Shown here piece by piece: positions 60,493 to 64,000 of a DNA stretch of 64,000 nucleotides. The notes beneath the pieces were generated by a model, which was not told where the DNA came from, ran no database searches, and was given only the letters and a program-made list of their open reading frames with translations. Within the stretch, counting starts at the first letter, position 1. Each line of letters starts with the position of its first letter. A program made the position numbers and the translations under genes. This DNA is from Neodothiora populina (lineage: Eukaryota), in assembly GCF_041146345.1 (NCBI RefSeq), contig NW_027191413.1, forward strand, positions 1,860,001-1,924,000, in the 5' to 3' direction.

Positions 60493-61684
60493 ATGCAGGT
60501 ATTACGCTCATTTCGAATCGCTGAGTTCTGCCTGCCACGAAGACAGTGCGTCGTTCGATATACAATTCATTCGTTCAACACTCCACGACTCGTCAGAATG
60601 GCTTCCACACCGACCAATACCGCCGCCGCCACTGCACCGGCAGTCGATCCTCTCTCGACAGGCCTGAGTGCAATAGACGATGACACAAAGACACTGAGAT
60701 ATGCTGATGTTGGTTCGCGCCCCCGAGATTCCACACCCGACTCTCAAACCACGACACTGACTCTCGGCGCATTTACAGATCGGTATCAACCTGAGTGATC
60801 CCATATTTCGAGGCGAATACCACGGCAAAAAAGCCCACGAAGATGATCTCGCTCACGTTATCCAACGCGCTCTGAGGGCAGGCTGTCGCAAATTCATGAT
60901 CACCGGTTCAGATCTCCCCGAGTCGCAAAAGGCACTCGAACTGGCGGAAGCGTATCCCGGTCTTTGCTATGCGACCGTGGGCGTGCATCCCTGCTCCTCG
61001 AAGAGCTTCGACGAGTATCCTGAAGGGCGAGCTGCGTTGCTAGCAGCGATCCGCGAATTGGCGCTGAAAGCAAAAGCTGCGGGCACAGCGGCTGCTTTTG
61101 GCGAGTTCGGGCTCGACTATGACAGGCTCCACTACGCCGACAAAGAGACGCAGATCAAGGCGTTCAAGGCTCAGCTAGACGTCGCTGTCGAGTTGCAATT
61201 ACCTCTGTTCTTACATCAACGCGCTGCCGCCGAGGACTTCGAGGCGATCATGCGTGAGCGACTCGACGAGCTACCCAAACGAGGATGCGTGCACAGCTTC
61301 ACAGGAACATTAGAAGAGATGAAGCGGATCGTGGACATGGGTTTCGATGTGGGCATTAACGGTTGCAGTCTCAAGACCGAAGACAATGTCGCAGTCGTCA
61401 AGGAAGTGCCGTTAGAGAGACTACAGATCGAGACCGACGGTCCATGGTGTGAGATGAGACCTTCGCACGCAGGGTCGAAATATCTCAAGGACGCACCGGC
61501 GTTGCCCAAAGCCGTCAAGAAGGAGAAGTGGACGGCAGAAACCATGGTCAAGGGCAGAAACGAGCCGTGCGCGATCAGCAGTGTGGCATATGCAATCGCC
61601 AACATCAAAGGAATACCTGTCGAGGAAGTATGCAAAGCGGCATGGGACAATTCAATCAAGATGTTTGGCCTCGGCGAGCGATGA
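60493..61684 (+). CDS. TatD-family deoxyribonuclease (TATDN1/Tat-D-like); 2 exons; alternative start at 60598
   Basis: YAD-IGINLSDP across intron 60709..60778, then TVGVHP, GEFGLDYDR, LPLFLHQR, VHSFTG, IETDGPWCE and VKGRNEP. Confidence 0.92.
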
Positions 61685-62039
61685 TTGAAGTATTCATATC
61701 TTTCTTCGTCTCATATCTGTATCAGGTGCAACACCCTAGTATACACTGTGGCTCACATAGAATAGAAAGAGGATTCAAAAACACAATATGTATATCTGCA
61801 TCGCTTATCGTATGCAGCGGATTTTAATTGCTATCCTGCCTTGCATCTTCTCCAGGTATACTAACAATTAACCAGCCTGGTTGACTGCCTCTCCAACGCG
61901 CCGCGGCCTTCTCTCCCACCCCGCACACACATACAGGCAACCTAAGGTAACTTTTGCCCCACTCACTCACTCCGTGGATCCACTTGCCTCCCTTAACCAA
62001 GATACTTGTACATGCAGCGGGAGAACTGTACGTCAGCAC

Positions 62040-62069
<30 letters not shown>
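62040..62069. repeat. (CAA)10 microsatellite running into an ATG at 62069
   Basis: Direct reading. Confidence 0.95.
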
Positions 62070-62071
<2 letters not shown>

Positions 62072-62793
62072 ACCTTATCCATGGCTTATATCTCAGAAGA
62101 CCCCCTCGAAGAGCAGAGCATCACAGCTGACAGTACTGTACAAATCGCCTCTCGGCAATCATTACAGCGAGCCAAAGCCCAGCCTGCGGCTATGACTTTG
62201 TATGAGGAAGTCCCGTGACAGACGCCAAGCACGCGGTAGCTACGATACTTCTGTACCTACACAGTACATACAGTATAGTCGATGTGGGGTCACACTCGAC
62301 CATCACTGACCACCAGGCATTCCTGTTCAATTGCCGATGATAGAAGATCAGACGATTGTCGGGGATTGGAATGACTTGCCTTGCCTTACTCTTGCTCGTT
62401 ACTTGCTATCGAACTGGGCGAGGGAAGTAGGTGATGGGGAATTGCTCAATAAGACTTTGGACAGGTTTTGAGTCTGTCTCTTTACAATACTACCCGGGGA
62501 AAGGGCAGATCGGTGGCAACTCAGGCAAAAGAGGGTTCGGTGATAGATGGCGCGGAGAACCGGACCACCTTGGTGGACTACTGAGGAGCGAAGCGGCTAT
62601 TGAGTTCTCGTAGTCTTATGATATATATCGGTGATTGAATTCATTTTTTGCTTTGTCTTGTATGTCGTGTTCTGCTATTTGTGCTTTTAATGTGAAGACG
62701 ACTGACGACCGAGATCTTGTATTCACGCCTGCTTATCCCGGATATACACACATAGATCTAGTTTCCCGGGCAAGGCAATACATTCAATTCAAG

Positions 62794-64000
62794 ATGAGCA
62801 ACAAATCATCCTCGAACCCCAATAACCACTACCAAAAGCCGCCGCCAGAGAAGACGTCAGAGTACGCATCCGCCGACAAACCGCCTCTATCCACCATTCT
62901 GAACCTTGACGACTTTGAGACGGTAGCCTCAAGGACGCTCGATAAGAAAACATGGGCGTTCTACAGCTCGGCGGCGACGGACCTGCACACCCTGACGCAG
63001 AACCGATCGTTCTTCTCGCGCATCTGGATGCGCCCGCGCGTGTTGCGCAATGTCAGCAGTGTGGACACGAGCACGAAGATGTTGGGTCATGATATTGGGG
63101 CGCCGTTCTTCGTCAGTCCTGCTGCGCTGGCTAAGCTGGTCCATCCGGATGGTGAATTGGCTATCGCGAGGGGGTGTGCGAGACCGGAGACGGTGATCCC
63201 GCAGTGTGTCTCTACCAATGCGTCGTATGCGCTTGAGGATATCGTTGCTGCTGCACCTACAGGAGATGGCGGTGGCGAGGGACAGAAGCATCCCTTCTTC
63301 TTTCAGCTCTATGTTAACAAGGATCGCAAACAGTCGGAAGAGCTGCTGAGGAAAGTAAGAAAGCTAGGAGTATCCACTGTCTTTCTCACTGTCGATGCAC
63401 CAGTGCCAGGTAAACGGGAGGCGGACGAGCGCGTGCAATCGGACGAAAGCATGAGTGCGCCAATGTCAGGGGCCAAAGCAGTAAATGACAAGAAAGGCGG
63501 AGGACTGGGTCGAATCATGGGAAGCTACATCGACAGCAGTCTCAGCTGGGACGACTTGCCGTGGTTGAAGAGTGTGTGGGACGGCAAGATCGTGCTCAAA
63601 GGCATCCAAGGCGCTGCAGATGCAAAGCAAGCAGCGGACGCAGGCGTCGACGGCATAATCCTGAGCAACCACGGTGGCAGGAGTCTGGACACCTCACCGC
63701 CTTCGATAATGGCATTGCTGGAGTGTCGACGATGTTGTCCAGAGATCTTCGACAACATCGAAGTCTATGTCGATGGAGGCATTCGAAGAGGCACAGATGT
63801 GTTAAAGTGTTTGTGTCTGGGTGCTACAGCTGTGGGCCTTGGCAGGTCTCCTTTATACGCCGTCAACTACGGCGAGGAGGGTGTAGCCCATCTCATTGAC
63901 AGTAAGCCACTTTGCTTTCCCTTTGTTCATGACAATGCCACAATACTTACGTCGTATGCAGCCTTGAAAGATGAGATTGAAACTAGCATGAAGATGCTTG
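62794..64000 (+). CDS. FMN-dependent alpha-hydroxy acid dehydrogenase (flavocytochrome b2 / L-lactate dehydrogenase-type flavin domain); 3' end beyond the window
   Basis: KPPLSTILNLDDFE, WAFYSSAATD, MRPRVLRNV, FQLYVNKDR, TVDAPVPGKREADER, SNHGGRSLD and DGGIRRGTD. Absent from the ORF track because there is no stop codon in the window. Confidence 0.92.
   Translation, partial: MSNKSSSNPNNHYQKPPPEKTSEYASADKPPLSTILNLDDFETVASRTLDKKTWAFYSSAATDLHTLTQNRSFFSRIWMRPRVLRNVSSVDTSTKMLGHDIGAPFFVSPAALAKLVHPDGELAIARGCARPETVIPQCVSTNASYALEDIVAAAPTGDGGGEGQKHPFFFQLYVNKDRKQSEELLRKVRKLGVSTVFLTVDAPVPGKREADERVQSDESMSAPMSGAKAVNDKKGGGLGRIMGSYIDSSLSWDDLPWLKSVWDGKIVLKGIQGAADAKQAADAGVDGIILSNHGGRSLDTSPPSIMALLECRRCCPEIFDNIEVYVDGGIRRGTDVLKCLCLGATAVGLGRSPLYAVNYGEEGVAHLIDSKPLCFPFVHDNATILTSYAALKDEIETSMKML

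Noticed and set aside
1..64000. Transposons or RIP-degraded repeats
   Set aside because: No transposase or reverse-transcriptase motifs, terminal repeats, or strongly AT-rich blocks were seen.

Overview
Eukaryotic DNA from a filamentous ascomycete (Pezizomycotina; Dothideomycetes is my guess, not established). The window is gene-dense, with short GT-AG introns carrying CTRAY-type branch points. I can support about 26 protein-coding loci. Housekeeping genes: an M3 oligopeptidase, SUT1-like sucrose transporter, NHX1, eIF2B-beta/GCD7, PSF2, SAK1-like kinase, a KH-domain RNA-binding protein, ILV6, ARG3, a Tag1/DUF3712-like protein, GPI10, TatD and a partial FMN alpha-hydroxy-acid dehydrogenase. 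The window also holds the pheromone receptor STE3, a run of secreted/cell-wall genes (GPI Ser/Thr-rich protein, GH45, GT8, S53 sedolisin, GH79), a C45/IAT-like acyltransferase, and a 3-exon NDUFA4/B12D-like microgene that the ORF track captures only in part. I found no tRNA, rRNA, transposon or CRISPR array. Most interesting: the gene divergent from STE3 (minus strand, 13184..11350) is intact except for one in-frame TAG (11815-11817). That TAG sits in a U-U-A-G-A-G context inside a predicted hairpin whose 7-nt loop mimics a tRNA anticodon loop, which is the signature of fungal sexual-stage A-to-I stop-correcting editing. The shared promoter carries a cluster of seven TATTGA motifs resembling MAT1-1-1 sites. 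All gene models and family calls were made by eye, without database searches.
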